NCBI GenBank assembly: GCA_977030845.1
Contig: OZ365115.1
Location: 18,972,001-19,036,000, forward strand
Length of the DNA stretch: 64,000 nt
Direction of reading: 5' to 3'
From: Fimbriosthenelais zetlandica
Taxonomy: Eukaryota
The number at the start of each line of letters is the position of its first letter. Within the stretch, counting starts at the first letter, position 1. Both the position numbers and the translations under genes were made by a program. The notes below the pieces were generated by a model. That model made no database searches. It was given only the letters and a program-made list of their open reading frames with translations, and had not been told where the DNA came from. This document shows, piece after piece, positions 1-14,483 of the stretch.

Positions 1-189
1 AAATCATTTGAGGGCAAATGTCAGGACCTTATCGTTGCATGACATACATCACAGTGGCCACTGGGAGCAATGACCTGAAGGGTGTGGTTATGTCAGTGAG
101 AATGTATGTTACATAGTATGTACATGATGCATGCAGACAACCGGCCATCCACCTCCTACAAAGAGAGCCACACCTTGATGCCAGCCTTA

Positions 190-402
190 AGCCAGGAACA
201 CACTAATCCGATTCTTCAATCCGTCGCCATCCGATAACCCATTTCTAATGGCATCAAAAGATTGAAATTTTGTCAGTGGTTAGCCTTACCCAGGTGTAAA
301 GGACTATTCAAATTACAAGCATTTGGTGTGAATGGAAATATAGTTTTGGACAGCTATATCGGATGGCGCCGCATAGAGAATCGGATTAGTGTGTTCCAGG
401 CT
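190..402. mobile_element. PIF/Harbinger (Tourist-like) MITE
   Basis: About 45-bp imperfect terminal inverted repeats (agccaggaacacactaatccgattc... / ...gaatcggattagtgtgttccaggct), flanked on both sides by TTA (187-189, 403-405). No coding capacity. Confidence 0.75.
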
Positions 403-953
403 TTATAATATTATAAAGACCACACACTGGTATAATTGAAGTTTGACGAAGGGGGAGTGAAGTTCAGGGCAATTGCATGCCTCAAATAATCTTTGGATGC
501 ATTCTTGGATCATTTATAGAAAAGGATTTTCCTTTTCAAATTTGTACTGCAGTTTCTTTTCTGAGTTTCAGAATGTCAAGTGAACTTTGATGGCTTTTGA
601 CTGAATTATTGTGGGCAGGTTGGGACTTGTGATATTATATCAATGCATGGGCCTTCCTCACCAGGAAATGACTGTCCATACAATGAAGAATAACATATTA
701 CTGCCTGATTAAAAGTTGTCATATACGAACAGAGAAAATCAAAATCCTCTGCATACTTCAACACTCTTGGCTGATGTGCACAAAGTGTGAAACCTAATTT
801 TTAACCACTATAGCTGCCAAAAGTAATGTACTTTAAACAGACGTCCCCTCATCAAACACGCCCAATGCAGGTCTCCCAATGCTTAAAGGATGCAAGGTTC
901 CAAGACCCCTGCATGCCCTCGTGGTTCTCCTAGCTCTCCTGCTCGCCATCAGG

Positions 954-1208
954 CAGGGGCAGATCCAGGAATTTGAAAAGGGGGGTACGAATTTGGGAGC
1001 ACCTATGCGACGAAATGAAGAAAGAAATCCCATATAGATAGGGCCGTTCAGTTATCTGTACTGAACCTACATAGAATATGATAGATTCAAACTGTCCCAC
1101 CGACTTTGTTTGGTCATATTTTTCTCCAGATTTTTTTATTTTTTCCTCTTTTTTTTCAAAAAAGGGGGGTTTGATCGAACCCCTGACCCCCCACTGGATC
1201 CGCCCCTG
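954..1208. mobile_element. Non-autonomous DNA transposon (MITE) with CAGGGGC(A/G)GATCCAG termini
   Basis: 15-bp TIR caggggcagatccag / ctggatccgcccctg (1 mismatch) and an exact 6-bp target-site duplication atcagg at 948-953 and 1209-1214. Confidence 0.8.
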
Positions 1209-1682
1209 ATCAGGAGATGAGCCTAGCGGCGGAGATAAGGAACACGTGCGTATCATTACATGCATTTCACACCTTACACCACGTGATTTGTGTCTCGTCC
1301 CACGTGATCTACGAGTTGCACAATTGTCATGACTTTATATTCTCAGCGTAGGAGTTGGGGAATCTTCAAAGCCGCGTCAGGTTCTCAGGGCTGAGAAATG
1401 CACCTGTGGCTAATAAACTTTGCTCTCTTGGCTTTATACGCATTACCACCCAATAGTTCTTACTGTGATGATTTTCTCTGGGCCCCGACCCTATAGCTAT
1501 ACCGCACACCCGACAACAGCCTTTCCCTTCACCCTTTGGATTGGCAATCCACGCATGCAGTGAGCATGCATTTTTTCAACATCTGCCCTCTCTTTTATAA
1601 TATTCCTGCAGTTCTCTCCTTCTCCCTCCGTCGCTCTCTCTCTCTCTAGCTCTCTCCCTCACTCTCTTTCGTCTTGCCCCCC

Positions 1683-1686
<4 letters not shown>

Positions 1687-1733
<47 letters not shown>
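1687..1733. repeat. (CT)n microsatellite
   Basis: Uninterrupted CT dinucleotide run inside a longer pyrimidine tract starting near 1610. Confidence 0.95.
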
Positions 1734-1735
<2 letters not shown>

Positions 1736-4700
1736 CCCCACTCCCTTGTTTTTCAATCTGTCGTTCTCACCTGGCTCCCATCCTAACCGGAAGTGACATC
1801 AATCACATCCGGCAGAGATTTTATTTTATTTGAAGTCGCTGCAGCGCTGACAAGGCTGCGGACGGACGTCTGAGGAGTTTTGATAAATGTATCCCGTGGA
1901 AGAGTCCGACTCTTCTGGGGCGATAGCTGCCAAAGTTGACCAAATCCATTGTCATTCAAGCAACATTCCTCTGCAACCCTAGGACGAAAACAACTTCCAA
2001 GAATGCTGGCTCCTCCTCATTGGCTAACAGAGCACACGTGATGCTGCGCAGGGAGATCACAAAGTCATGATCACGGGGGGACTAGCCACAGGTCACATAG
2101 CAGAAGCTTTCTTGAAGTGAAGGTCTCATTTAATAGGCGAACCGTTACACCGGATACCTATATGTTACAATAAGTCCCAGACTAGCTCATAAAGCCTTGC
2201 CTTTTTCCAGAAGCAAGAGATAACGGACCTCCCCTAAGAAATAACCATTGCTTTTAGAGTATAGTAAATGCACAGCGTCTGAGTGGAAGTCAGTTAGTTT
2301 TTAACATAAATTTGGAGAGTGATTTCATACTATAGTAGCAAAAGCAAAAGAATATTAGTCATAATATTAAAATGGATAGAATATGTCTTCCAAATTTAAT
2401 GCTTGTCTCAAGCACGCTCAGTGTCTACAGCTTATCTCCTACTAATGTTTTATGTCCAAACCAAATCATATTTTTTATCGATATATGTCAGAAAGTTATC
2501 TCATAACGGTAGCATGCTCGGAGATCACAATTCTCTAGGCAATAGATATCTGCCCGTTAGCCAAACAAAAATATCATGGTTCATAAATTGCTGTATGATA
2601 TACTGAATTCGTTAGAATCATCCTCAGGGCATTGTTATAAATATAAATTTCTTTTGACCAACTACCAGGTGTGTGAGGTTTCAGGAAAACCATTATATAT
2701 ATCAAAGTATTCAAGTCTCTGGGACTTTCAGCATTTCCTGGGGAAAGGATAATTCCGCAGGAAGTGACATTTTAAGCGAAGTTATTTCTGAACACATCAG
2801 ACACTCATATATGACCCCTGCCATTGTTAATTACAAACCCATCAGTGAATAATAGGCCATTAGTTCCCATGTCTATCATACTTAGCCCCGCCCACCAACA
2901 ATAATGGGCGTGGCCAGTATAATAAAAGTGAGGGTAGGAATAGAGACATCAAAAGCTAAGTTTCCTCAGGCTAGAAATGTATTGTATCAACTGAAGGAAG
3001 GGCATTTATTACCTGGAACTAAATATATTCAAATAATCGGGTTGCTTCAATCAGGGCGGACAAAATAGTACACAAGGCCGCATAATTATAGACAATGAAG
3101 GCCATAATCTTTAAGGACAATTGGAACAAGGTTGGATGGCATCAAAATAGCCCCATTGTGACAGTATGATGATAATAATTAATACTCTATATGCATGTAT
3201 ACATATGTGTACTTGATGAAATCAATTCATTAAGTAACAATTAATCTGATTTGGGGTCCCCTGACTTTTGAAAGACGATCATAATCTCTAATACCTATAT
3301 CTACAATTTATCAACCAGACAGATAGAGTTAATTGGTCGCACAAAATGCGCCACAATTATATCTCACAACAATAATAAGACTGATTATCGAACAATTTAA
3401 TTCTAAGATACTTTAATCGGGCATTTCAGTTATCAGATGTCATGACAATAAGACTATGTCAATTGTAATAGCAGCTAGATGCATTATCATAATGCATGGC
3501 ATTTGTGCTCAGAGCTTTGTTTGCATATATCACGATTTTCCAAAATTAGGATATATTTTGTGACATATATATATTCATTAAGGAAATTCAATGCAATTCG
3601 AACCTTTAACAATAGTTTGAATATCAAAATTCCCTTCAATATAATAATATAATATAATATGATTTTTTTTTTTATTGATTTTTTTTTTTTTGGGGGGGGG
3701 GGGGCGGGGGTTGTAGTCAGTGTAGTACTATTGGTGAGTGTCAACTTTATATGCCTGGATCGTCTTTCTCACCTATGACAATGTTTGTTTAAGCAAAAAC
3801 TACCCATGATCATATCCATATGGCCAGATGCCAGATGCATATATTTATTGTACACATGCATACCCCCCACACCCACCCCCACCCACCCACCCCCGCCACC
3901 CCCAACAGCATACACACCCCACACATCAACCTCCCGGTGCATGCATGATATGGGAATCTGTCAGAGTGGGCATGAGAAGATTCAGCAGGTGCAAGCAGCT
4001 CTCAGGGCTCGCGATCACCTGGCTGCTGCCACCGGACCAGGTAATAAGATCGAGCATAGTCTCACTTCTTAACAAAAGTTAACCACCATCTATCATCGCC
4101 CAGTCTTATACTGTGTCTCCCTCAACACTCCACTCCCTCCTCCACCAGCCACCCTCCACCAGACCTGCCTATCTTATCTCACCCCAGCCCCAGCCTAGCT
4201 TCATATCCATGCTCGCTGCAGGAGTCGGAAGAAGAAGACATTTCCCCCTCTTTTTATGTTTCTCTAATCCATTTCCAAACCTACATAAGCAGCGACAGAT
4301 ATGGCAGATCCCATCCGAAAACATGAGGAATGACTATCAAAGAAAGGGGACTTAAAACAGAAGGTTTGTTTTGTGTGGCAATGAATGGATTTTGATAATT
4401 CTGATAAATAATGAAAATATTTTTTGAACGATGATCCGTTCATGGGACCCTTCCTATAATCCAACACTATCTGATACAAGGGATGCCCAAAATTCAATTC
4501 CTTATCAAAATGAGATAAGTTGAAGTTGAGAATATTAGATTTTCCCTTTCAAGTATTTAGGGTTATAGGAACAAAGTGACCCATATCATTTTATATCGGC
4601 GTTTGGAAAGTGTTATCTGGGCAAGGAAATGGTTGATTGATTGCTTACACGTCGAGCCGAAGCAGGGTATAAATACATGCTGTATGATGTGATCGTTCAT

Positions 4701-6647
4701 AAATCAGAATTATGCTCACTCTCTCTCTATGCTTCTTATCTGCTTTACCGTGTTCTCCTTGAGCACACCCTAAGGCCCCACAATGTATTATCCCACGACC
4801 AGGGTTGTGATGTATGAATTCAGGGCATTTCCCTAACTTTATGGTTATCCTCATATGAAATGTTCCTAATCTGATTAGTTATACCTTTCTCGTCTGCTCG
4901 ACTGGGAGAAGAATGAGATTATGTGAAGCATTTGCCAAAAGATGTCATCTAGGTGTTGGAAGGATCACTTTTATATCTGCCCTCCTCCTCCTCTTCCGGC
5001 TATCTCAAAAAATGTGCTGCCAATTTATACATCCAGACGTGTTTTATGTATTGAAGTATAAATGATTTCACTGACTCCGGTCATATCAGTAATGGTAGAT
5101 TAAGAGGGGATATGTCTTTTGAAATTGACACTGTTTCCGGTGCCGAAGATCATAACTGCATGTTGCACCATGTCTATACATTCAAGTTTTCCCATAAATT
5201 TCTTGTATAATTTTGACAGAGTGAAGTTCGTAAGTTCGAAAGTTAACAGCAACTTTGCATAGAAGTAAGGAAGCTGACCAGTACTTCCAAACAATACGTT
5301 TGTTACGTCACAGCCATTGTCAGGTGATTAGAGGGTAATGACAATGAAGCTGTCAGTCAAATGACAGCAGAAAGGACAGGTCAACTCCCCTTAATTGACT
5401 ACTAAGACATCTGTAGCACAATAGGATTTATAATGACCAAATGCTGATAAGGTCCAGCCAAGGGCGGAGTTCGAGAAGCTATTGTGATGTTCTCAAGAAG
5501 GCGTTGCAACAGATTGATACGAACACTATATATAGCAAATGACACTTTCATTTCGCTGTATTCAAATGAGGGAACGTGGGGCATCTTGTCATTGTAATTT
5601 TCGTCTTGTTTAAATTTCCATTTACATTCAAACTTATATCGTATCATATTTTGGCTTGTGACGGGAATGATGAATAGACCCAGGAAAATGAAAGTTGTTA
5701 TGTCTATTTCGATTGTGTATCGTTCTTAATAGGAACATCTGTTTTGGAAACAGAATGGACATACGGATCCATGCATGGTCCCGATATGCGGAAAAGGGAA
5801 AAGCCCGGAGGCTATATAGGGATGTTATAGGACTGTCAAGTGGGAAGTATAGCTAGAACAACACAGGCCCCAGGCAACCATCAACATCAATTTACTGGAC
5901 TCAGAGACCACTAATGAGACAGTCTTAGTAAGTGTTATTTTTTCCTGCCATCCTAAGTGGACTATTCATCCACCCCGACACTATATTAGGATTATCCGTT
6001 TCAAGGTCCATTTCTAATATCTTCTAATTAGAACGTATCCTATCTGAGTAATCGGAAGTGCAAATCTCAGCTCAAGCGAGGTTCCTCGAGTTTTAGCCTC
6101 ATCACAAAATTTAAAATAAAAAGTTGATTCCTGTTGAATGATTCATTCAGATTTTGGTAGAATCTGGTCTGCGAATAAATCTGGAAACGAAAAACGTATA
6201 GAAATAGAATTTGGCGAAGGTAATGACCGGAAAATCAATCTTTTTGTATAGACATGAGCAATCATCACTTACGACTGATCACGGGTTTTTAAATTATGTC
6301 ATTAGTAACGCTACCATGAAGGGTAGTATCACTTCTTCTGTAAAGATATTCTATTCACTTTTCCCGTTTCCTGGCTCAGCAGATTAGATTTCATATCTAT
6401 GTGTGGGTTCCTGGTAAAACGGAGAATCAGGTGCCATGAGAGTTAGCCTACGTCTTTTTGAGAGGAGTTTCAAGGACATTCGCTGGTAACACTGAAACTC
6501 AATATACACCATAATTACAACCAGTGACAAGCGTAAGAGATTATTGAGTGTTTTCTCCATTCTTCCGGACACACAAAACTCTATGATACAGGTTTCTTGG
6601 CGCAGGCTCATGAAGCTGGGAGTCTTTTCACGCCACTACAGACTTAC

Positions 6648-6789
6648 CTACAGCGTCTAAATGGCGGCTGCGCTGGCTTTGATCTCATGCAAGGATCCTA
6701 TCACTAACCCTGGGTCGTGATCCCCGTTGCTATAGGACTATATGTCCATCCCCATGGCAACAGCAGCTTCCAAACGTTCCTATGGCAAC
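6648..6789 (-). promoter_or_regulatory. Putative promoter and first exon of an unidentified minus-strand gene (RFX X-boxes, YY1-like motif, consensus donor)
   Basis: Perfect donor TAG|GTAAGT on the minus strand (exon end 6648); GCCGCCATTT YY1-like motif near 6660-6669; X-box GTTCCTATGGCAAC at 6776-6789 plus two partial X-boxes. No downstream coding exons identified. Confidence 0.35.
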
Positions 6790-7297
6790 CAAGGAAAAGA
6801 TCATCAATGGTCTTGGAAAATTTCTCCTGTCGAGATGGGCCAAATGGTAAGAATGCTGTCAATGCTGTCGAGATAGGCGTTATCTGCCAGTACTATGATG
6901 AGTGAGGGGTATTAAGTAAAGGATCCACAGGGGGCAGTATCCACCTTCATCATTTAATCCGCCGGCCGTTTAGAACTGCATATTCTTGTCCGTGATCTAG
7001 TCATCTAGATAATTTGTAGCTCTATTTGTTTCCCGCTAAAGAGGCTTCATTCTTCATCGTCGTATAAAACTAGGATGTGAAGATCTTCTTCTTGGAGTGA
7101 GAGAGAGATGCACAAGTTGTTACGTAACCAACGTTCGGGATCGTATTAAATAGAAGCATCACTTGAGCAGCCACGACATGCATTGCTCCACAATGAGCAG
7201 CGATTGGAACGTCAGCGAGGAAGAATGGGCCAACTGACGATCTTCGATCAGATGGAATAATGGAAAATCACAACAATGGAGCGGGATAATGACAAAT

Positions 7298-7456
7298 TCA
7301 GGCGGCCGTCTCGTGCACGTCGCCCGGATTCTTTACCGGGCGGCGCCCGTCTTTGTCCTCTTGCTCGATGCTTGCCTGGTCCTCCACAATGGCGGCCAGT
7401 GAAATGCCTTCAATGGTAGATTTATCAGGGGTGGCAACAATGGCATTGTCTGCCTG
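7298..7456 (-). CDS. Candidate terminal coding exon of an unidentified gene (ADNAIVATPDKSTIEGISLAAIVEDQ...DVHETAA*)
   Basis: GC-rich island with an open frame from a possible CAG acceptor to TGA at 7298-7300; the long antisense ORF 7353-7682 behaves like its shadow. No family recognised. Confidence 0.3.
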   Translation of the reverse strand, partial: QADNAIVATPDKSTIEGISLAAIVEDQASIEQEDKDGRRPVKNPGDVHETAA

Positions 7457-10400
7457 TCTTGGAATGTATCAAGGGACTAATAACTGGCGACCATGTGCAC
7501 ATAATTTGCTATCTCCACAGAAAAGCCTGACCGCACAAGTCAGGGAAAATCCTTCTTCCTTTTCACAAGGGTGTAATCAAGCTTTAAATTTTTTCCATCT
7601 CGGTATTGGACGGGAAGGGCAAAATGAAGCAGCCCCTGCGGGGACCTGCATCATGAGGAATATTCCTAAAGGGTCAATATAGAGTGAAGGAAGGGGATTC
7701 TATCATGGATATTGTGCCCCTTTGGATCTGCAATGAAAGGTGTCATCCGAGGTGGCCGACACTGTCATTTGAAAGCTGCAATAATTAATGAATGGACAGC
7801 TGGACTCTTTCAAAATTCATCTATGGGAAATAAATACGAGATAATGTTTAATTTCCGTTGATATTTTCCATAATAGGAAAAAATATCGGTTAAAATGAAC
7901 CTAAATCAATTAATAAAAGAAATGAGAACAAATCATTTGATATAATCTTTCAATCCCCAAATGACACGAATTCACTTCGATCATCGTCAACATAGCTGAA
8001 AACCAAGATAGTCATATTCTTTCATCGAAAAGGCAAAAATATGAAATAGTGTTCAGCCATCCTTGTCATTCAAAACCTGGCATTCAATAAATGAGGAAAC
8101 CAAAACATAAATCAAGGCACACTCCTCAACCATCCATTATCACCCCGTCCCAACTGTGGTAGGTCATCATCATCCCTTCCCATTTTCCTTATTTTTGCAT
8201 AGACTTGTTTTTTTATTATTATGATAATTCCAATGGTATATATTCCAACCCAGAAGGTCATTCCTGTATTCATTTAAAATGAGCCAGAAAATATTTGACA
8301 GAATAATTCTAACAGAGTTAACAACTGTACCAAATGATATTTTGTCTACAAACTTTCAGCAGCTTTAAAATGTGAAATACGAATTGTAAAGTGCAAGCAT
8401 GTAGAATTATATTTCCCCAAGATAATGCATGAAGATGAGGATAAGAATCGCTCAGCAGGACCCAATGCATGTCTAATGTTGGCAGGCTAATGATAACTTA
8501 CCTGCAGATTAACAAACCAATTCCATGTTACCACCTGCATCCGGGCGTTGTCCACGAATAGCAGGATAAGTATTGGTAGGAGTGAGAACAGGTGTAACCC
8601 TTCTTCTTTCCTCCAAGATATTCATCTAATGCACTCACATATATATATATACGGAGGGGCAAACTAAATATATAATAATAACCTCCCACAATGATATCCA
8701 CCTCTGCTCCTGTGAACAACACTTGGGCGTATATATATATAATGAAGGCGAGGCGAGCGTGAACGAACATGGGGTAAAAACTATATATGAAGGACAATCA
8801 GGCATTAATTCGCGACATGATAATATGTGTGTTACTTTTCAAGATGCACCAGAGCATGGCAACAATTAAACTGGCATTTTAATGAAAGATCAAATGAGTA
8901 CATGTGATTAGTATATATTACAGCACATGACGACAAAAGGACATCTGCATATCAGGGAGGATTAGGAATGCAATAATGTTTTAGCTGCGAGATTCAGAGA
9001 TTTCAAGCATTGCACAGAACAAATTGCGTTTTGTATAATATGTATTTTGGGGTCATCACTTTTACAGTTAAGTACTTGCATGCCTTTGACAGGTATCTTC
9101 ACCATTGCACTTAAATGTATATGAGAACATGTAGGGCAGGATCAAGGGTCAGAAATAAAACATCCACTCTGATATTTTCCCCTTCTGTCACCTTCAACTC
9201 GCAATGAAAGGACTCAAAGGACTTTCTTTGCCAAATCTATTGGGAGCTGTTATGTAGGGATGTATTTTGTATCTATGTAAAATGCCCTCTATATGCCTGG
9301 CTGGGTTGGTATTTCAAAACGGGTCCAACTTAATGCCCTTCAACACTCAAACAAAGGTAGAATAATAGTCTGTGTCTGATAATGGTGGAGCATCATACCT
9401 CGGGCGATAATAGGCCAACTCACCTGGAAAGGTTCCATTTTTTTATGGATAATCTATCAAATATTTGACATGGCATGGAGTGTTCGGTTTCAGGCTCTTT
9501 ATCGTTAGTGTGAAACTGGATCGCATCCATGTCATCAAAACATATGTGGACTTGGACCTGAAATTCCATGCTTAACAATTTCAAGCACTCTGGCATTTGC
9601 CTATAATATGCACAGGTTGAAGGTCGAATAAAAGTTGAACTATAGGCGTGTTAATGTTAAATACCATCTACTTTCAAACCTATGTGTACCAACAGAAGCT
9701 CAATAAACAAAAAAAACAGGATTTGTCGAGATTGCAACAATCATATTAACAGGGCTTCAGGTCAGGAGAATGTTGATATGTCAAAATAAACCAACATGTT
9801 ATTCTTCTTAAATGACAAATCCTTAAAATATTCATTTTTAATAAATGGAATGAATAAGCATTGCATGAGTATGCCCTTTCTCATCTCCGAGCGAAGAAGG
9901 CCTACTGAAATGGGTGGGTGGATGTAGCGAAAAAAAAGAGTAGAATATTGGAGGCGATTGCATAAATCGCTTGTTGATTTCACCAACCCTGCCCACCTTT
10001 CACCCGGCCCCCTAGAAAGGATACCTATATCGTTGTCATTTTTTCTGACGCAAAGGGGCACCAGGGAGCAATTAATTCCCACCTCCTGTGTGGGCTGGGA
10101 GTGCATGCAGGCACTCTTTTTGAATTGATAAATTCTGATGATCACCAGTGGAGCTAGGAGGATATATATATATATTCTTTATCATTGAAACAGTGAGATT
10201 GTGCTAACCTATAAAATCAGGGCAAACTCAGATGCAAGGAAGAGATGTAAGACAGCCAGTGAACATTGGATGCTTTTTCACTATTATATAGGAGAATGTC
10301 TATGTGAAAGGATGACGCCCTTGAATTGCAAGAATCTAGCTAATCTGTGAATTCCTGACATGCAGTGTGTTACCAACATGATTGCTTGACCCCAACTATG

Positions 10401-13400
10401 CACAAGACCCTCGGAAATGTTCAAAGTATCCTCTGGGTTTCAATGCCTTGTAAATATGCAATGAATCGGTTGTGAACAGGACATTCTTCACGCAGCCATC
10501 CGTTGTGGTTGGGAGTTATACCGCCATGGGATCTCGATATAAACAGAAAAACCCACATTTATTTATTATATACCACACATTATAGGAAACATAGGCAAGC
10601 TTTTCTCTTCTCCATGAAATAGCCTTTGTGGACTTATCACATTACTGTTGTCATTAAGAATAATAAAGTGATCTGATTTATCCCTCACGTGGCAGGCTTA
10701 TTGCCACACCTGTTGTCAATGTGAAAGCGAGGCTGGACTTTGAATAATATTCGGGATGAAAAGTCTAACTAGGTAATTGATTAATCACTAACAGGCTGTT
10801 AGAAAAACTCTCCCATGCATCTAACCCCGCCCCCCCCCCGCCCCCCGCCCCCTCACTCACTCCCTTCCTCAAGTTGTATTATAGCCCAGTTGAACACCTG
10901 GCTTTTATGAATTATGCAAGTGTGGGAGATGCAGCTATGGGACTGCAATGGAACATGGAGAATAATCCAAGGCATTTGCCTGGCTTATCAGATCAAAGCA
11001 TTGTCAGAGGTGAGAACTGATAAGAGCAATCACACCTTTGCCCATTGTATGAGTTCTTGGAAAATTGGCAAAGCAAAACCTGATGCACTTATTTCAGATT
11101 TTGACAGTTTATTCATGCCAATGTTGATGGTGAATTGCCTATACACACTCTGCAGGGATGGGTCTGGGATTTCTTCTCAGGGAAATCCGGGCCATCAATT
11201 TATAATCTTGCCCATAGTGACGTGTATGGAATCTTTCTATACTCGTTAGCCATTCCCAAGATCTGTCAAGCAATACTGTGCACAGAGCCATACAACTATA
11301 TTTTTTTCACTTGTATTCTCTCTTGTGAATTGCGCTACATAGGTCAAATCGTATGTAGGTTTTCTCAGAGAAATTTTCAGTGATTGTATTGAAGAAAAGA
11401 AGAGTTTCCGGAAGATTTAGCAAATAAACATGTTTTTTCAAAAAGATTCAAGCAGCCATTAGATTTTCATATCAAGCAATATTATCTAGACGGGTTCTAT
11501 AGCTTCTAATCTTTTATATCAGCAATAAAAGCACTGGACTTATCACATCATTCTTGAGAAAAACAAACGTCATACTTATATATTATTCTTTTCATGAATA
11601 ATAACCTAACTCAATATATAAGATATCTCAGAATTTAGCACACCTGCATATCCGAGCACTGAGTGTATACAAATTACAAGCAGCTCACTTGACGTATCTG
11701 ACGGATAAAAGTGAGGGACAATGATTGAAAAGTTTCATGCCGAGTCTTCTGATAATCTTATATCAGGTTCTGGCGGTTTCAAGCACAATATAAATAAAAG
11801 AGGATACACGTGTTGAGAGATAACAGAACTATCCGGAATGGTGGAGGAAAATGCCCCGTCAAAACAACTCAACATATTATAAATGATAAATAGTGGTTAT
11901 GCTTCCATAAATTGTAATTTTCAAATGCAAAAATGTGTGTTTATAGGAGCTGATGCATAACTTGTACATGTATATGCAACCTTTTTAATATTTTATACAG
12001 TTTAATATGCATCTATTATTGTTTGATAATGGCATTGTTTAGCTGAAGAAAATCACCTGCTTGCAGTGTACTTTTGGGTTGTAAGCACAGAGCCATAAGT
12101 CGCTGGCATTGCACATGCCGTGTGTGTGTGGGACAGTGGCTTCTGACGCGAGATTTGGTTGGGGTGAGAGGTTAAGAGGCTACAACTAGTAGCATGTGGA
12201 CCTATTTTGTGAGGAAGGAGAAGGCAGTGGATGATTTATTACAGCCAAAAGTGAGTTGTGTTTGTTGAAGAACTGATTCTTAGCCGGTATGCAATGCTGG
12301 GGTGCACAATGGTGGAGCGATGGGGAAGCAGGTGGAAAAAGTAGCAGAGAAAATGGACGAATCTAACGTGCGGAATAGGGAATAAGCGAATAGATTTGGT
12401 TTGTTCCCCTCGCCCTTCGGACAGTCGTTGCCTGTCGTTTATTAGCATATGTATGAATATAAATGCAATCATAAAGGGGAATGTTGATGGATACGATGGT
12501 TGTTGCACATAGAGGCTATAGTGGCCAGCAAACAAAACATGTCTCTTTATTCCAATTTGGTCGCCCGATAACATTATCAAGACGCTGAGGTCAGGAGAGG
12601 GCGCCACCAACTTCCTCCATCCATCAATGATTTGGCAAGCGATCTGCGCATGCTTGGTTACATTAAGGCTTGATGGGTGCAAGACCAACCTATGAATCAA
12701 GGTCCATTAAAAACACCATTCATAGCAAAAATGAATAGCTCTAAATGGTCCAAGAAACACAGCCTTTCTCTTGTACACAAAGTGACAGAGCAAAAAGCAA
12801 TTCACTTTATCTCCTATAAAGAAATGCCTTTCGTTTTATAATGAGAATTACACACTGATATATATATATCTGAAACAGCACTGATGTAATGGTATAAAAT
12901 GGAAAGCCCCTTCCCTTAATTCCATCTTTCGCACAAGACTTGTGCAGTTCTTCATAATGTTTGCAACTTTTAGATGGAAACAGTGGGAATGACAATAAGG
13001 CCCGTTCCAGGAGAATTGATCCTACCCAAGGGAGAGGGATCGCGGAAGGGTTCTGGCCTTATTTCGGCCCCATTTCATTTCTATAAAGCCACATTAGTCG
13101 GGCAGTCTCCAAGGACGGGTAAAGAACATTAGTCACAGAGTGGGACTGGCTGGCAGGAGATGTGTTAATAACATTCGCCACAAAACTAATGGTGCCATGG
13201 CAACCAGTGGGAGCCATTGGTCAGAGACGGGCACTATCTCTGATTTCATATTTCCCTGTCCAGGGGAATGGCACAGATTTGTTCATGGACCTCCACTGGG
13301 GTAAGACCGAGGGTGGATTATTATAGTGAAGGCCGGTAAGGGATTGGACGATGAAGGCATGCAAGAAGGGCGAATTATTGAAAACATTGGTCTTCATGAT

Positions 13401-14372
13401 AATATAACCAGGATTAATCATTATAGTAATTACGGTAATTATAAAAGTGACAATTCACAAAATCAGAAGGTTATGGGATATACACTCGCCTAGCAATAGT
13501 TTAGACCGATTTCATGCATGGAAAACGGTCTAAACTTTTGGTAGGTGAGATAAGTATAATATTATTCTTAAAAAGTATATAATAAATGATCATTCATTTC
13601 TTCCCTCTAGTCTTAAAACACGTCACTGTTATAATTTGCTATTGAATTCTTAAACGGAAAAAAAATAACAGGAAGAAATAATAAGGACGAAAAATTCCAA
13701 TGTTTTCAGTGTTTCTTTCTTCAGGGATATTCTCAATGAAGGGAGATCCTTGAATCAGACATCTGCACAATGACAAACTGTAATTGGCAAAGCAATTAGC
13801 CATTTGTAGAAGTGATAAAATAAGTTCAAGTACATAATGAGTGGAAGCATACAATAATATAAATGTTCCTCATTAATCTAGTTAATTTTCGTCGCACCAC
13901 ATTTAGTGCCTGTTATTTCATTCCAAGTGGCTTAACACATATTTGCAACTTTCATGACAGACATAGAGCTACAATGTATTCTGATCATTTTCTGATGAAT
14001 ATCAACATGCCAATACTGGTCAATGAAAAGGCAATAACAATTTTTAATCACAAAATTGAATCAAGAATGCTCCAGTATAAGTTTCCTCTGATTTCAAAAT
14101 AACTTTTCAGTGTCTTGACAACAATCCAACTCGGTCGCGACACCTAGGAAGAGAAATCCACACTAATCCCTGTATCCAACCCGCTCATCTCGCATGGGGA
14201 GAGAGGTTGGGATGTCATCAAGATTAATTATGGTTCTGTAGCAGGGAAGACTTTAAACGTAATTGCTTATTTTTCTAACATTAAACATGATGCAGAGAAT
14301 GTTCATGAACAAGAACGATGAAGCCTCCCAAATCAACACAGGTGGAAATTTAAAGTGGAATAAATTAACAGA

Positions 14373-14483
14373 ATGGTCAGGCAACAGCCAAATTCAGTCA
14401 ATATCATGATCAGGCAACAGCCAAATTCAGTCAATACCATGGTCAGGCAACAGCCAAATTCGGTCAACACCATTTTCAGGCAA
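14373..14483. repeat. 33-bp tandem repeat, about 3.3 copies
   Basis: Unit atggtcaggcaacagccaaattcagtcaatatc at 14373, 14406 and 14439, with a partial copy at 14472. Confidence 0.9.
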
